Shown: positions 47,371-59,989 of the stretch, one piece after another
Layout of the letters: every line of letters begins with the position of its first letter
Position numbering within the stretch: the stretch's first letter is position 1
NCBI GenBank assembly: GCA_030295235.1
Contig: AP026131.1
Coordinates: 496,001-560,000 of the forward strand
From: Fistulifera solaris
Lineage: Eukaryota
Reading direction: 5' to 3'
DNA: 64,000 nucleotides
Made by a program: the position numbers and the translations under genes
Notes under the pieces: model-generated
The model's database searches: none
What the model was told of the DNA's origin: nothing
What the model saw: only the letters and a program-made list of their open reading frames with translations

Positions 47371-48037
47371 TATTGGATTGATTTATAATATTGTCTGTAA
47401 ACGAGACAACGATGCAAAAACGGCAACACAAAAATGCGGCGGTGCGCTCGGATCTTGAATTTTTTCACAGCGTCGGCCGACGCAATCTGTGACGTTCATG
47501 ACGTCAGTGTGGCACCCCAACGGACAATGCTGTTCACGACTGAGAATCCAGTCCTCGCGAAAACGGACAACACTTTGAGCCATAGTAAAATTGAATGGAA
47601 CGAAGAATGAAGTTATTCAAAAATCAAAGTCAATTCAGGAGAGGATCGGTGCAAATGCAGATAAAACCGACTTTCTCTTGATGACACCAACCAATGCTCA
47701 ATCAAGCAATTTAATGCTTAGGTACTTTGTACACAAGCGTGATAAGAACATTTTTGGCTCGTGACTCATGACTCATGACCGAAAATTCAGTCTTGGATGA
47801 AGCCGTCTACAGAATCTTTGTAAATAATGCAGAACTATGGGGCTAAGGGGCAAGGGGAGATGAAGAAATACACCCTGTCCAGATTTCTAGATCGAGCTCA
47901 GAATTTCTGCCCGATGCATACGGCGGTATATGTACAATTGCGGTATATATTTAAGTACATATACCGTAGGATATGTACCTGGTATGTATTACAAACATTT
48001 GAGTTTTTCATCGTTGAAACAATCTATTTGTTGTTCA

Positions 48038-48167
48038 TCTATCTTGGCTATCGCTTTATTATGGACCTAGCGCGCTGTCCGTGTATGTATCACATAACGT
48101 AACGATGTTTGGGTAACGGGTTTGACGCTTTCCCGCGGAGCGAGGCCCCGCTTGCGGGAAAAGCTAG
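48038..48167 (+). mobile_element. Candidate short non-autonomous Helitron-like element, or at least a Helitron-type 3' end
   Basis: GC-rich hairpin TTTCCCGCGGAGCG-AGGCCC-CGCTTGCGGGAAA followed by CTAG (48164-48167); possible A|TC start at 48038. The base after CTAG is A, not the canonical T. Confidence 0.4.
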
Positions 48168-48362
48168 ATGCCGAAGGCGGCTTGTCATTGTAATAGCAGG
48201 AAAGATCATGGTTAGAATGGTTAAACATACAAGAAAGTTTTTGGCAATTGGATGTAGGTCTAGATCCGGATTTTAGTTCAAGTCGCACTTAATGCGTTGG
48301 CTAATTTTGCTTTAGGCGTGACGGGCGTCTTAGCTTCTCAACTAGTATCAACCTTTGTTATT

Positions 48363-49876
48363 TTACTCATTCAACAAGAAGTCGTTCTTGTAATTTTCTT
48401 TCTTTCTGCGGTCTTTACTACGTTTCTGATCTTGTAGCTTGGATGCTTCACTCGTTTTAGATAACAACAACCTCTTCTCTAACTGCGAAAAACCGTTGCC
48501 TTTGTCATTTACGCTCGATCCGTCCAAACCAAACATGTATTGCAAAGTTGGATTTGTCAATAACTGATTCTGAAAGCCACCTTGGAGACAATGACGCACG
48601 AAACTCAACTGAATAATTTCTTTCCAACTCGTTAGCTCCAGTGTTGTACCGTTACGGAACTGCACGACTTCCTCGGGTGATTCGTTGTCTACTAATGTGG
48701 CCATGAATTCGCGAAAGGTAGCCCGCTGTGCCTTCTTGGCCTTCTTGCTCAAGTTGTAACCCGACTCGGTCGACAATTCGGATATGCGTTGTCGTGCTTG
48801 ATCTATGATCGGTTCCCATTCCGAGCCTTCCCACGATCCTTTATGAAATTGACGTGCTGTCACGTTCGCCCCGTCATCTCCACCCGTCTGCCACCGCGCT
48901 TCATGGATCAGTGCGAGACACTCTCCTGCAGCAGCGCGCAAGTCCCCGTGTATTTCATCCAGTGATTCCTGTAACAACGTCAAAATCGCAAGACCCCGTC
49001 CCATTTGCCCTTCATCCTGCCCGGACAAATCAAACTCGGATAATCCCGTCGCCAAGAGTCCCCAGCAATCGAGAGCCGTCGCACGCAAAGCTGGTGGCAC
49101 GGATTCGTTGCGCCATTCTGGTTTCGCTACTTCTTCACACAAATCCATCCAAGCTTCGGTGGTCGCCGAATCTGGATGCAAGATTGCTGTATTGACTAGC
49201 ACCGACATACACATGGCGCGCAACGCAGCCATCCGCACAGCGGTGGCGCGTTGAATCGTTTGAATCACACTCCGCAGTTGCCGATCGAGCGACTGACACC
49301 ACTCTTCCTCGTCGTGTCCCAAGACGACCGACGTGGCTTCGAGTACGCGACAGGCTGCATACTGCTCGGACGGCGGTCCCGTTCGAATGGCATGAAATGC
49401 GGCCTGTCGAATGAGATCCGTATCAATGACTTCGTGAAAATTCCGTGTATCGGCGAATTGCGTGAGTGACTTAAAGGCCCTTCGGAGCTTGGCTTCACGG
49501 CGGGTAGCACGCTTCTCGCTCGCGTACTCATTCAGTCCTTCCAGTGCATCCTGTAGCTTCGACTGACGAGCGGCTGCAGTGTTGTTTTGGTCGTCGTTCT
49601 CGGTGCCGACTTGCCAAAAGTCAGAGTCTGTCGATGAAACACAAGGGTGAGAACTATGGTATGGCTGTAAAACATTTGGCGTTCTTCTTCTCCTTCTTTA
49701 TGCTCACCTTCAATGGTTCCATCTAGATCGTCTTCTTCAAAAGCAGATTCATAAGTACCGAGTGAATCGGCAATGGTGTGTTCTTCGGAAAGTGCGTCGA
49801 ACGCTTCGGCTGGGTCATCGGTGTCACCAAACTGCCCTTTCTTGCGCTGTTGTGAATGTGGTTTTTTCTTTGCCAT
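48363..49876 (-). CDS. IFRD (interferon-related developmental regulator) family protein; intron 49628-49707
   Basis: EKRATRRE, ALDCWGLLAT, DLRAAAGECLALIHE, KKAQRATFREF, LELTSW, GGFQNQLLTNPTLQ..F and a basic tail; the frame is continuous after splicing. Confidence 0.88.
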
Positions 49877-50375
49877 CCTTCCGTATACTTGAGGCTCAAC
49901 TGAACGAAGAGCGCTCTGCGATTCCGCCTGGTTAGGTGTTCCTTTTGTTTGGTAATGTGTTGGATTCTTTACAAGTATTTGTGTTGATGGCTCATCTCTT
50001 GAACGTTCTTCTGTTTCTTGACGACGCTTCTCATTCATGTTTTTATATTTCCCTCCATTCTTCAAGCAGCATTACCTCTGTGACACTGCAAATGGGAGGA
50101 TCGGCATGCAAGGTCGGACGATGAGCAGACGCGAGTCTTGATCTTCATTCAAACATGTCGATGACGCACACAACCGGAACGATCGCTTTCGCTTTTTCAC
50201 GGCACTGAACTACACTTTCGAGGAGACTGCTGGACCACCACTGCTAATAACCCGTGGTTTGCGACGATGCGCCGGGTTGCCCTTATTGTTGATGAAGACC
50301 TCTACTGAGCCGATTGCCTTGAAAGGATTTCGTCTCTTGTTCAACTTTCCTCACCTTGTATTAACTGAAATTAAC

Positions 50376-52012
50376 ATGGCTTTGCGCGCTTCTTTAGGAA
50401 AGGTACGACGAGTTCAGACGTAAAAGAGCCGACCGATTGATTTTCGCGTATATCTTGTCTTCGCTTCTCGTACCTTTTTGTTGTTGCTCTAAATTATTCA
50501 TCACTTTTCTGTCCCCTCTGTCTGGCAGGTCGCTTCGCGTACGATCCAGCGGGCTCGCGTTTCCTCCGCGGCCGTGGCCGCATCGACGCCCCAGTTCCCC
50601 GATTACGTCTTGCGCGCGCCGACCACCGATGTTACCACACTCGACTCCGGTCTTCGTGTGGCATCGGAAACGGTGCAAGGCAGCGAGACGGCGACCGTCG
50701 GAGTTTGGATTGACGCTGGTTCGCGATACGAAACGGCGGCGAACAATGGTGTGGCCCATTTTTGGAGCATTTGAGCTTTAAGGGAACTTCGAAGCGTACG
50801 CAACAACAATTGGAAGTCGAAATCGAAAACATGGGAGGACATTTGAATGCTTACACCAGCCGTGAACAGACCGTTTACTTCGCCAAAGTGTTCAAGAATG
50901 ATCTCAAGAAAGCAGTAGAAATCCTTTCGGACATCTTGTTGAACTCAAAATTGGATGATGGTGCCATTGAGCGCGAACGAGATGTGATCTTGCGAGAAAT
51001 GTCGGAGATCAACAAGCAGCAGGAGGAATTGGTGCTTGATCACTTGCACGCGACAGCCTACCAGGGAACAGGATTGGGACGAACTATCTTGGGACCCGAG
51101 GAAAACATCCGATCGTTGACTCGTAAGGATTTGGTCGATTACATTCAGCAGCATTACACGGCTCCCCGAATGGTGATTGCCGCTGCCGGTGCTGTGCAAC
51201 ACACTGAGTTGTGTGACTTGGCTTCGCAATATTTTGGAAATGTCCCTACCGTACCGGCGGGCGGCCTGGATGTTCCTATGGACCCTGCTATCTTTACCGG
51301 AAGTGATTATCTGTAAGTTGATTCAGTTGATGGGGAAAATGGCCTACTGCTCTAAACGGCTCTCACAATTTTCTCTACATCAATTACCCCCTCTAGTGTC
51401 AAGTTCAACTCGGATGATACCGCTCACATTGCCCTCGCGTACGAAACGGCCTCCTGGACTTCGGAATACGCCTTCCCCCCTGTTATTGATGCAGGGCATG
51501 CTTGGTTCCTATGACCGTACGCAAGGTCTTGGACGCAATCACGCCTCTCGACTCGGACAGGAAGTTGCCGAAAACGAACTCGCTCATTCCTACGCTGCCT
51601 TCAACTCGTGCTACAAGGACACCGGTCTTTTGGACTCTACATGGTGTGTCCGGACAACAAGGTTGACGACATGATGTGGACGGTCATGAACAACTTGGTT
51701 CGATTGGTACATTCTCCTTCGGACGAAGAAGTAGAGCGCGCCAAATTAAACTTGAAGGCCACCATGTTGGCAGGACTTGATGGACATGCCAATACAGCAG
51801 AAGACATTGGCCGACAACTCTTGACTTATGGACGCCGCATGACCCCTGCCGAGATCTTTAGTCGCATCGATGCAGTTACAGTGGATGACATTAAGGCAAC
51901 TGCCGCAAAATTCATCAACGATCAAGATCATGCACTTGCCGCCGTCGGTGGTATCCACGAATTGCCTGATTACAACTGGATCCGTAGTCACTCGTACTGG
52001 TTGCGTTATTAA
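50376..52012 (+). CDS. PMPCB: Mitochondrial processing peptidase beta subunit; introns 50403-50528 and 51313-51396; three homopolymer frameshifts
   Basis: MALRASLGK presequence, [23 protein letters not shown] (HxxEH; T missing at about 50760), [23 protein letters not shown]. Other indels are at about 51475-51480 and 51628-51631. Confidence 0.96.
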
Positions 52013-52128
52013 ATACAAAAGATGGGGATCGAATTTAAGCACTAGTAAGCAATCTGATTTAAAAATTCCAGCAATTACAATTAGCATCGAAGAAGAGAAG
52101 ATAATGATGCATTGTCCTATTCAAAAGA

Positions 52129-52994
52129 TTACAGTCCGAGATCAATTGTACGATGCATCATAAGGGTTGTTGCCAGCCACACCGAGTTCTGAATCGTCTC
52201 AGTGTTGACAATCAATTCATCCAACTCGTCCTTGACCGGTGCCCCTCTTTCGTAGATCCCACCACCAAGGAGTGTGACATAAAATGCCGCTCCTACAACA
52301 ACAAACGCAATGGGGAAGGTAATACTCGGTCGGAGAAACCACGGGGGTCGTTCACCCGTTTCACCTTCGAACAATCCGAAGAAATAAAAGTTCTTGGCCT
52401 TCTCCAAGAATCCCTCAAATCCTTCCTTCGGAACATCGTTCGCACGTAATGCCTGTCGTGCCGCAAATGCCGCTTGAATTTCACTGGCCGTCCGGGGTGT
52501 ATTGTCGGCCATGGCCAAGGAATCGAAATCAATGTTGGCCGTCGCGGGCTGTGCGCTCGTCACATACAAATCCAGCTCCAAAACGGCGTTCGGAGGAACA
52601 ACATCTGTGACTCCAGCAGCTCCGTATCCCAGTGCGGGATCGGTCACTTGAATGACGGCCCGTTCACCAATCGACATGCTTCGCAAGGCTTTGTCCCAAG
52701 CAGGGATCATAGCCGTATCACCGACCACCATTTTTTGCTTGGGTGATCGTGCAATGACTTTCGAGTTTGCGTAGCATGTATATTGAACGGTGGCAATGTC
52801 TCCGAGATTCAGTTTTTCGCCAGTTCCTGGTGTTATCACTTTTTGAGGAGTTTGCTGTCTTCGGTCAATGGCTGTGCTGTCGACGCCATCCACGTCGTTC
52901 GGAACTGTTGTTGTCTCAAAGCAGCAGAAGGCGCGAAGGCATGGCTTCTCCTTGTTGCTGCGCACAGAAGCAGAAGCTGAACAAATCTATGCAT
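52129..52994 (-). CDS. FKBP-type peptidyl-prolyl isomerase with C-terminal TM, probably plastid-targeted; one missing A at about 52840-52844
   Basis: Leader SHA|FAP (ASAFAP-type); KKVITPGTG, MIPAWDKALRSMSIGERA, LGYGAAG...VPPNAVLEL. Confidence 0.88.
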
Positions 52995-53322
52995 CTTTAA
53001 TAAGTTCATTACCTTTACAGCAATTGCAGCAACGTTGTCGTCTTTTTTGTCGACAAGAAATAAAGCAACGAAACAACGAAACAACAACGAAAAACGAAAC
53101 ACAAGTTCAACTTTGCGGTCTATCCGGCCATCCGGCACCAGGCTTGAAGAAAGAAGGCCAGGAGTGACGTCATTCGTGGGTATCACGCTCGACAGCATCC
53201 ATTCTTCTGGTTTTTGCAACCATTGTCTCAATATAACATTCACCATGACAAATAAAATTAATAAGAAGATAATATATTCAATACCTGGTACTGTTTAAAG
53301 ACAAAAGTCGATAAAGAGGAAG

Positions 53323-53840
53323 GATGCAGCGCATCGAATGTCTACGTTCATTTCAAGTAGGCCTAGTAGGGAAATTTATCGACTGAGGGGGCACCCGGAT
53401 ATTGAGTAATTCGACATCGTCCGTTTTACGGGGATGTTCGACTGCCATTCCAATAAACCATACAGCAACATCAAGCATTTCAACTCATAGACGATATTCA
53501 CGATCAAGGAGAAACTAAAACGTTAGATAGAGCGAAGATACGACGTTTCGAATGTCTACGTGAAATCACGTAGGCCACATAGGAATTTTATCGATGTAGG
53601 TAGCACCCGCAACTTTTCGAATTTGTCCTCATCAATTCTCGGGTCCGAAAGCGACAATAATTTATCAAACCAATCTTTTTCATTCCTTCATGAGTTTTCT
53701 TTTCTTTTTTCAAGATTCGACGTTATTTAAAACGCCAAAACATTGAAAAAGACAACAGATGCACTGCTGCGAATGTCAACGTGCATTTCACGTAGGCCTC
53801 GTAGGGAAATTTATCGACTCAGGGGGCACCCGGATATTGC
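53323..53840 (-). repeat. Three degenerate inverted copies of the 212-bp satellite core (spacing 214-221 bp)
   Basis: Reverse complement CAATATCCGGGTGCCCCCTCAGTCGATAAATTTCCCTAC...CGTAGACATTCGA matches the core at 19686; GAATGTC at 53336, 53550 and 53771. Confidence 0.88.
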
Positions 53841-53917
53841 TAATTGCTCGTTTATATTTTCAATGAAAAATCGATTTCAAAAAGTCGAAACGGCAGTATT
53901 TATTTCATCCCAGCAGC

Positions 53918-54744
53918 ATGTTTAGAATAATATTCGCACTGGTTGTATCAGCACTCTGCTTTTCTCCGGGACGCGCATTCACGCCGCGGCGCCCCGGACG
54001 ACACACCCACATCCGATTGTTCGCATCGTCGTTGCTCAAACCGGCCGCTGTCCCTTTGATGGATGCTGGAAAAGCAGTCGCTCGATCGGGAGAACTCATC
54101 ATTGAACTCACAACAGCAGAAAATATCTATGGTGGCGCCTTGTCGGCCGTCGGAGCACAAGTACGCAACGCGGGGGATTGTCTCGCGCAAGCGGCAGCGT
54201 CTTGTCGTTTCAAGACGGGAAGTGAACTAGTGACGGACGAATTACGAGAAGCAGCGACTTGCTTACAGGAAGCCGTAGCGAAAATGGAACTGGGGGCACA
54301 AGAAGCGCTGGTCGACAACCGAAACGAAATGGCGTCTTCCATGGGTAAGAGGATGAATCGCTGTCGAATTGAATGCTCGATATCGCTAACAAAATAACTG
54401 GACCTACACGTGTGCAAAATCTAACATCCATCTGTTGATTTGATGCAGAGCAATCGGTATCTGTCTTGGCGAGTTGTGGTCAGGCATTGGAATCCGCGGG
54501 GGCCGGCATCATGACTCACGAGCCCGTGGATAAGATCGGAACCTATCTGGTGGACGCTTCGAAACAACTTCTTTTATTTTCTCAACTTACTCTACAATTA
54601 GCCCCCAATCGAGAAGAGGCACAAGTGGCTAGTCAACGCTTGACATTTGCCGCGGAACGAATGAAAATTGCTGGAAATGAACTGCAAGGGATTCAACCGG
54701 CGAAGAAGACTGGAAAAAGTTGGCTAAAAGGCGGAAGTTTATAG
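53918..54744 (+). CDS. Uncharacterised Ala-rich helical protein, probably plastid-targeted; intron 54345-54448
   Basis: Signal peptide ending GRA|FTP; G|GTAAG donor and GCAG acceptor join the two ORFs in frame. Confidence 0.75.
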
Positions 54745-55558
54745 ATCGACAAATTGACCGTGTTATTCTTGTTCCCGTTGCGTATCAAATGTCGGTAAAC
54801 ATCGATTGCATAGAGGGCAAGTGCGAGTACACGGCCCTGCTTCTCTTCATTCACGTCCTTCTAAACGATTTCAAACATTCTTTGAAAATATTCCTCGGAA
54901 GCGTTGCGTTCTTATTTTGCAAACTAGATTAATTGAAAGATACTTTTCATTCCGTTGGTATGTCATTATCAGGTACAAGTACCTCTTTAGTTTGTGAGCA
55001 TTTTGCGTGCGAGAGGTTTCTTGGAAGCCGTATTTACTACAGTACTCCGTAGTTTCGTGTTTCGTGATCCGTGAATGAATTTATTGTGACCAGCTGAGGT
55101 TGAAGCTGCTTGGGCCAAGACGTACTAATACGCTTATATAGTCAGTAGTATTCACTTATGCCCTCTCTGACCTTTCGGCTTATTGAATACAGCATAAAGG
55201 ATAGAGGGTCGTGCGCATTGCGCATAGTGCCGCAAATAAATAGCCAAAAACTAAAGCCTTCTCATTCTTTCACTTACTGTACGTTTTAAAGTACTCGGCA
55301 TAGCGCGGCGAACTTTCGGAGATGGAAGTGTTCGCGAATTCGGAGATACTTTCGCGGCGCTGTGCAGTTTTCAACTTCGAAAATGCTTCTTTGTTGCTCT
55401 TTCCCCACTTCTTGTTCCATTCGAAAGTGGCATCATCGCACGAATGACTCAATGATCGTTCTTCCGCATAATAACATCACAAAATTGCAAGACCGCAAAG
55501 AGCAACGATCGCATTGCACTCATTTACAAAAGAAGAACACAACTCACTCGAATAAAAC

Positions 55559-56221
55559 ATGGCCGTGGTTACTCGACAGTCTTCCGCCAAACGATCGCGA
55601 CCGGCCATGCGCCGACAATCCGTAGAAAACCTAACCGTTGGTTTGCCGCTGACACGGCTTCATCGCTTGCTCGACGAAACGCTTCCGCAGTTCGATCGTC
55701 CACTCGCTGTGGCGGCTGCTAACGCGTACAGTGATCTCTTGGCGCGTCGGGATGATGGTCGCGATGATTTGGTGCGCATTGATGATGTGTTGAGTGCCTT
55801 TCTCAACAACAATCGCTACAAGCCGAAAGCGGAGATAATTTTTGAGGTTCACTTTCTGCAGGGAATGATCCGGGACAGCTTGTATCATACGGAAGAGGCC
55901 CGTATGTCGTACACGAGAGCTCTGTGGATCGCGTCTTGCACGCAAAGCATTCCTCAAATGAAGCTCGCTTCCACCTTGCATCATCTAGCCAAAACCTATG
56001 CGCAGACGGGAAACTATGCTGAAGCAACCAAGTTACTCGGTAAAGCTTTGACGGAGTATGAAAGCTGTCAAATGTCGGAGAAACACGCTTGCATGGAAGA
56101 TGCTCGTCAGTGTTATCGTATCTACTTGGAGAAGCAACTGGGCAATCAGCTGACACGCTCCGCCGTCCATCGACTCTCGCGTATCTTTGAAGAAAGTGAA
56201 AGCGAACAACCGGGGTTCTAA
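55559..56221 (+). CDS. TPR-containing protein
   Basis: EEARMSYTRALWI and ASTLHHLAKTYAQTGNYAEATKLLGKAL are TPR-like helical pairs. Confidence 0.75.
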   Translation: MAVVTRQSSAKRSRPAMRRQSVENLTVGLPLTRLHRLLDETLPQFDRPLAVAAANAYSDLLARRDDGRDDLVRIDDVLSAFLNNNRYKPKAEIIFEVHFLQGMIRDSLYHTEEARMSYTRALWIASCTQSIPQMKLASTLHHLAKTYAQTGNYAEATKLLGKALTEYESCQMSEKHACMEDARQCYRIYLEKQLGNQLTRSAVHRLSRIFEESESEQPGF

Positions 56222-56358
56222 ATGATAACGCACTCAGACTGCAATGATATTATAGAATAGAGATAAGATAAGATGCCATGATTGTACAATTTAACTGAGT
56301 CGAGTTACGAATATAAACATTACTATTTACATAAACGAGGAGTCTGGCATTGCGCAAT

Positions 56359-57351
56359 TCATCGTTCTACTGGCATGTTGTTCCGTCCTCCAAATCGACG
56401 CTGCCGTTCAGCATACCACTCCAAGGCTGCTCTTAATTCTTCTCGATCAAAGTCGGGCCACAAACAATCCGTGAAATATAGCTCTGCGTACGCCGCATTC
56501 CACAATAAAAAGTTACTTAATCGGTATTCCCCACTCGTCCGAATGATAAGATCAGGATCCGGAAGATGCCGTGTCGATAAGGTAGATGTTAAATGGTCCT
56601 CTGTGATGTCATCGGGCTGCAATAAGCCAAGTTGAACTTGTCGAGCCAACTGCTGCGCAGCTTGCACCAGATCTTTTCGACCGCCATAGTTGATCGCCAA
56701 GTTGAGGGTAAATCGATTTGTTAAGTGTGCTGAATCAGCCAAGCTGCTCGTCGCCAATGTTCCCTCCTGTAGACGCCCTAATGCCTTTACTAGACTCTGA
56801 GGAATACGCTCGTCCTCTAAATTTCCCAAAACTTGAATGTGAATTTGCTCCCGACATGCCTTGTCATAAAAATCATGGGCAGTTTGTTCCATAACACGGA
56901 AGACGGAGCTGACTTCTTGCGGTGATCGGTTCCAGTTTTCGGTGGAAAAGGCAAACATAGTACAACATTCAACCCCATGCTCTCGCAATACGGGTAAGGT
57001 ATCAATCAATCGTTGTGCGCCTTGTCGGTGACCGAAAATGGCACTCTGGTTGCGTTGCTGAGCCCATCGCGCGTTTCCGTCACAAATGAACGCGACGTGT
57101 TTGGGGCTCTTTGTGCGTTTCAGATATTGAGTTTCTTCGATCAACCTCAGATCTTCAACATTAACAGCGTGAACTGTTTGATTTATGTTCAAAGCCGACA
57201 ACGAGGTGAAGGGTGACATTGAAGAAGAACATCGTTGACCGCCAAGTTGATTGCCGATTGGAAATGGACGAATCCACGCCATTACGAGGGAAGCTCCCCA
57301 CAGAAAGAAAGGAACGAGCTTTATTCTTCGCCTCATCCGTCTCAAGCTCAT
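56359..57351 (-). CDS. cis-prenyltransferase (UppS-like), probably organellar
   Basis: PKHVAFICDGNARWA, FAFSTENWNRS, LAINYGGR, PDPDLIIRTSGEYRLSNFLLW, LWPDF, RRFGG; N-terminal signal peptide ending VMA|W. Confidence 0.95.
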   Translation of the reverse strand: MSLRRMRRRIKLVPFFLWGASLVMAWIRPFPIGNQLGGQRCSSSMSPFTSLSALNINQTVHAVNVEDLRLIEETQYLKRTKSPKHVAFICDGNARWAQQRNQSAIFGHRQGAQRLIDTLPVLREHGVECCTMFAFSTENWNRSPQEVSSVFRVMEQTAHDFYDKACREQIHIQVLGNLEDERIPQSLVKALGRLQEGTLATSSLADSAHLTNRFTLNLAINYGGRKDLVQAAQQLARQVQLGLLQPDDITEDHLTSTLSTRHLPDPDLIIRTSGEYRLSNFLLWNAAYAELYFTDCLWPDFDREELRAALEWYAERQRRFGGRNNMPVER

Positions 57352-57584
57352 TATCCCTTTAGCGCTTTTAAAATGTAGCCGCTTGTTTATTAATAAAAAG
57401 TTTGCTATTCATGCAAATGAAAACAAACACATTTGCTTTGTGTGCGACGAGCGAGAATAACTCTCTCGCATCGCACAGGCTATGAGCTCTTGTGACCCCC
57501 GTTTGAGTCAGTCATGAATAGCATTTGCGGACATTAAGCGCTGTACCGGTGGGATGAACAATCGTTATTTGTGACTGTGAGTAG

Positions 57585-58137
57585 TGCGTTATTTCGAAAT
57601 AACCGAGTGTAGTACAGACGGGGAAGCCTCCGTGGTAGATGTAACACTTGTAGTCATAATTTTTACACCACTGCCTTATTTCGGGTTAAAAACCGGGGTT
57701 TCGCGATGAATCCCTCTGAAACGATGAAATACACAGGAAAACAATGGTAATATCGTAAGAGTAATGTTCCTTATGTATGTGTTACTAACTGTTGGGCTTG
57801 AGTGGTCAAGGAGATGATCTCGGCGTTGTCGGAAGTCGACAATTGTCCACATGAAAATGTGAGATCATGACCTTATGTATAGGTCGACCCCATGGAGTCA
57901 TCATGTTAATCATATGTCTTGATTAGATGGCTGGGTTTGTGAGGTAATTAGCGCTTATGAAGCACCGTTGCTTTCCTTTATTGACAGTTCTGGCTCTGTC
58001 GATGGATGCATCGGACCACAGTGATTATGTCACTTGTCGGTAAAATATGGGGGACGCCTCGTATACATGCTAATACACCTTTAATGCTAGAATACATAAA
58101 TGAGTGAATTATTCACCCGATTGTTTCGAAGTCCTCA
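57585..58137 (+). repeat. Putative 5' LTR (about 550 bp) followed by a candidate PBS
   Basis: TG...CA ends with an extended imperfect inverted repeat (TTCGAAATAACCGAGTG versus reverse complement TTCGAAACAATCGGGTG), followed immediately by TGGTGGAG. No second LTR is in the window to confirm. Confidence 0.6.
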
Positions 58138-58564
58138 TGGTGGAGGGATGTTTTTCCTCCAGAGGCGGTCAAAGCACAACATCGTCGGATTTCGCGAGAA
58201 GTTGCGCAAGTGAAATCGTGTTGTGCGTGTATTTTGGCCTGTCCGAGGTCGTGTTCTATACTGTTTAGGCCGATCTGTTTTTTGACTATGAACGGATTCA
58301 AAGCTAAATGAGGGTGTGGACGATTGTTCTGTAGGGCCTAGTGTGTACAATGGCCTTACGTACATAAGGGCACTTTTGGCGCTTTACACTGGAGTTCCCT
58401 ACAGTAAACAACACTCTCGAAGGGAGAGTAAAGGGGTCGAATTTCGTGCAAACGTTTTAGCAACGATGCAGTTTCGCACACAAAAAAAGAAAAGAAACGC
58501 CGTTTCGTTTTATCTCCCTCGCATTCCGATTTGTGAACTTTTCTCTCCTTTCTCCTTGTTTACG

Positions 58565-59972
58565 ATGGCAGCCAATCTTGCTGCATTCAACAACTACCTC
58601 CGTGATGTCCTCTTTATTGAGGACGCTGGCAGCTCGTCAGGCCATCAATGGCCAAGGCATTACCAGCGTTTGACGACTTGACGCACCGGAGTGATAAGTA
58701 CGTTCAGGAGATCTTTACGAAGATTCGAAACCCTGGGGGTTTGATTCCAAACCCAGCCTTTGTCCCTCCCGCGGTTGGAGCGGAGGCTGCACCGATGGTA
58801 CCTGCGATGATTCCGAACCGTGGTATTGCGATCGGAGTCAATCTTGAGCTCCGTGTTCGTCAGCTTCGCTACTTCCTTTTCCACTTGCACCGCTTGCAGC
58901 GAGTTTGTTCCTGGCTTTGCAACTCTTGCTCGATTGGAACGCTTGGACTTTGCGTGAGCGCATTCGTCGCATGCGTGAGACCAACAAAGATCTTCCTAAG
59001 ATCGATGTGTTGTTGAAGGTGGAAAACGCTCGGAAGACGATTGAAGACATCGACGAGGTACTTGGCAATCACCTTGGAGCTTATGGTGCGCCTTTGTCAT
59101 ACCTTGTGCGGGAGCATGTCGATCCCGATGGAATCGAAGGGGTTGATGATCCAGGTTTCGGTGTCCCTGATGCTATGTCGGAACTTGTTCGTCGTACTCG
59201 CCATGATGGAGACCAGTATGAAGAAGACAATATGATGCTGTGGAGCGTTATTCGTCAGGTTTCACACGGTGGACCAGCTTGGAATTGGGTTAAGCCTTTT
59301 GCTTACAGCAAAGATGGACGCGCCGCTTATTTTGCCTTGAAGACTCACTATATGGGGCGTTCTTATCAGAAGCTTAACATTGCTCATGCCGACCGAGTCC
59401 TTTCCGACAGTCTTCTATGATGGAAAGGCGTAACTTCACCTTTGAAGACTACTGCCAGAAGCTTAACTTGGCTTTCTTGGACTTGGAAGAGGCGGGTGAG
59501 GTGATGACTGAAGATAGGAAGGTACGAATCTTTCTAGACAACATCTGGGCAGATGAACTAAAGATGAGCGCCGAGCGTCCGGGCTGATGCTGTGTTGGAA
59601 AGTACCTTCGAAAACGCGATGAACTACTTGGCTGAGCAGGTTGATAGAAAGAAGCAAGATGCAGCAAAGACCCGTGGTTCCACTCGCAACATTTCTTCGG
59701 TTACCAGAAATTCTGGTGGCGGTAACAACAAGAAAGGTGGCGGCAAATCTGGTAAAGGAAAGGGCGGAAAAGCAAAGAAAGGCAAGGATGGTGTCCCGTA
59801 CTACAAATGGAAGGAGTGGATCAAGTTACCGAAAGAGAAACAGGAAGAAGTTCGCAATGCTCGTGAAAGGGCTAAGTCCGAGACGCGAAATGCTTCAGCT
59901 GTTGAGACGGCTGACTCCGATAGTGACGATGTGGTTGAGTCGACAGGTAACCGCATGAGTCGACGACCTTGA
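58565..59972 (+). CDS. gag: Retrotransposon gag, frameshifted as assembled
   Basis: MAANLAAFNNYL..., LGAYGAPLSYLVR, AWNWVK...DGRAAYFALKTHY.G, YKWKEWIKL; split over several frames. Confidence 0.8.
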
Positions 59973-59989
59973 CTGGCGGTGCAGCGAGT

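Noticed and set aside
47487..47510. TGACGTCA/TGACGT boxes upstream of several genes (also about 14139 and 53165)
   Set aside because: Plausible bZIP/aureochrome sites, but too short to support without enrichment statistics.
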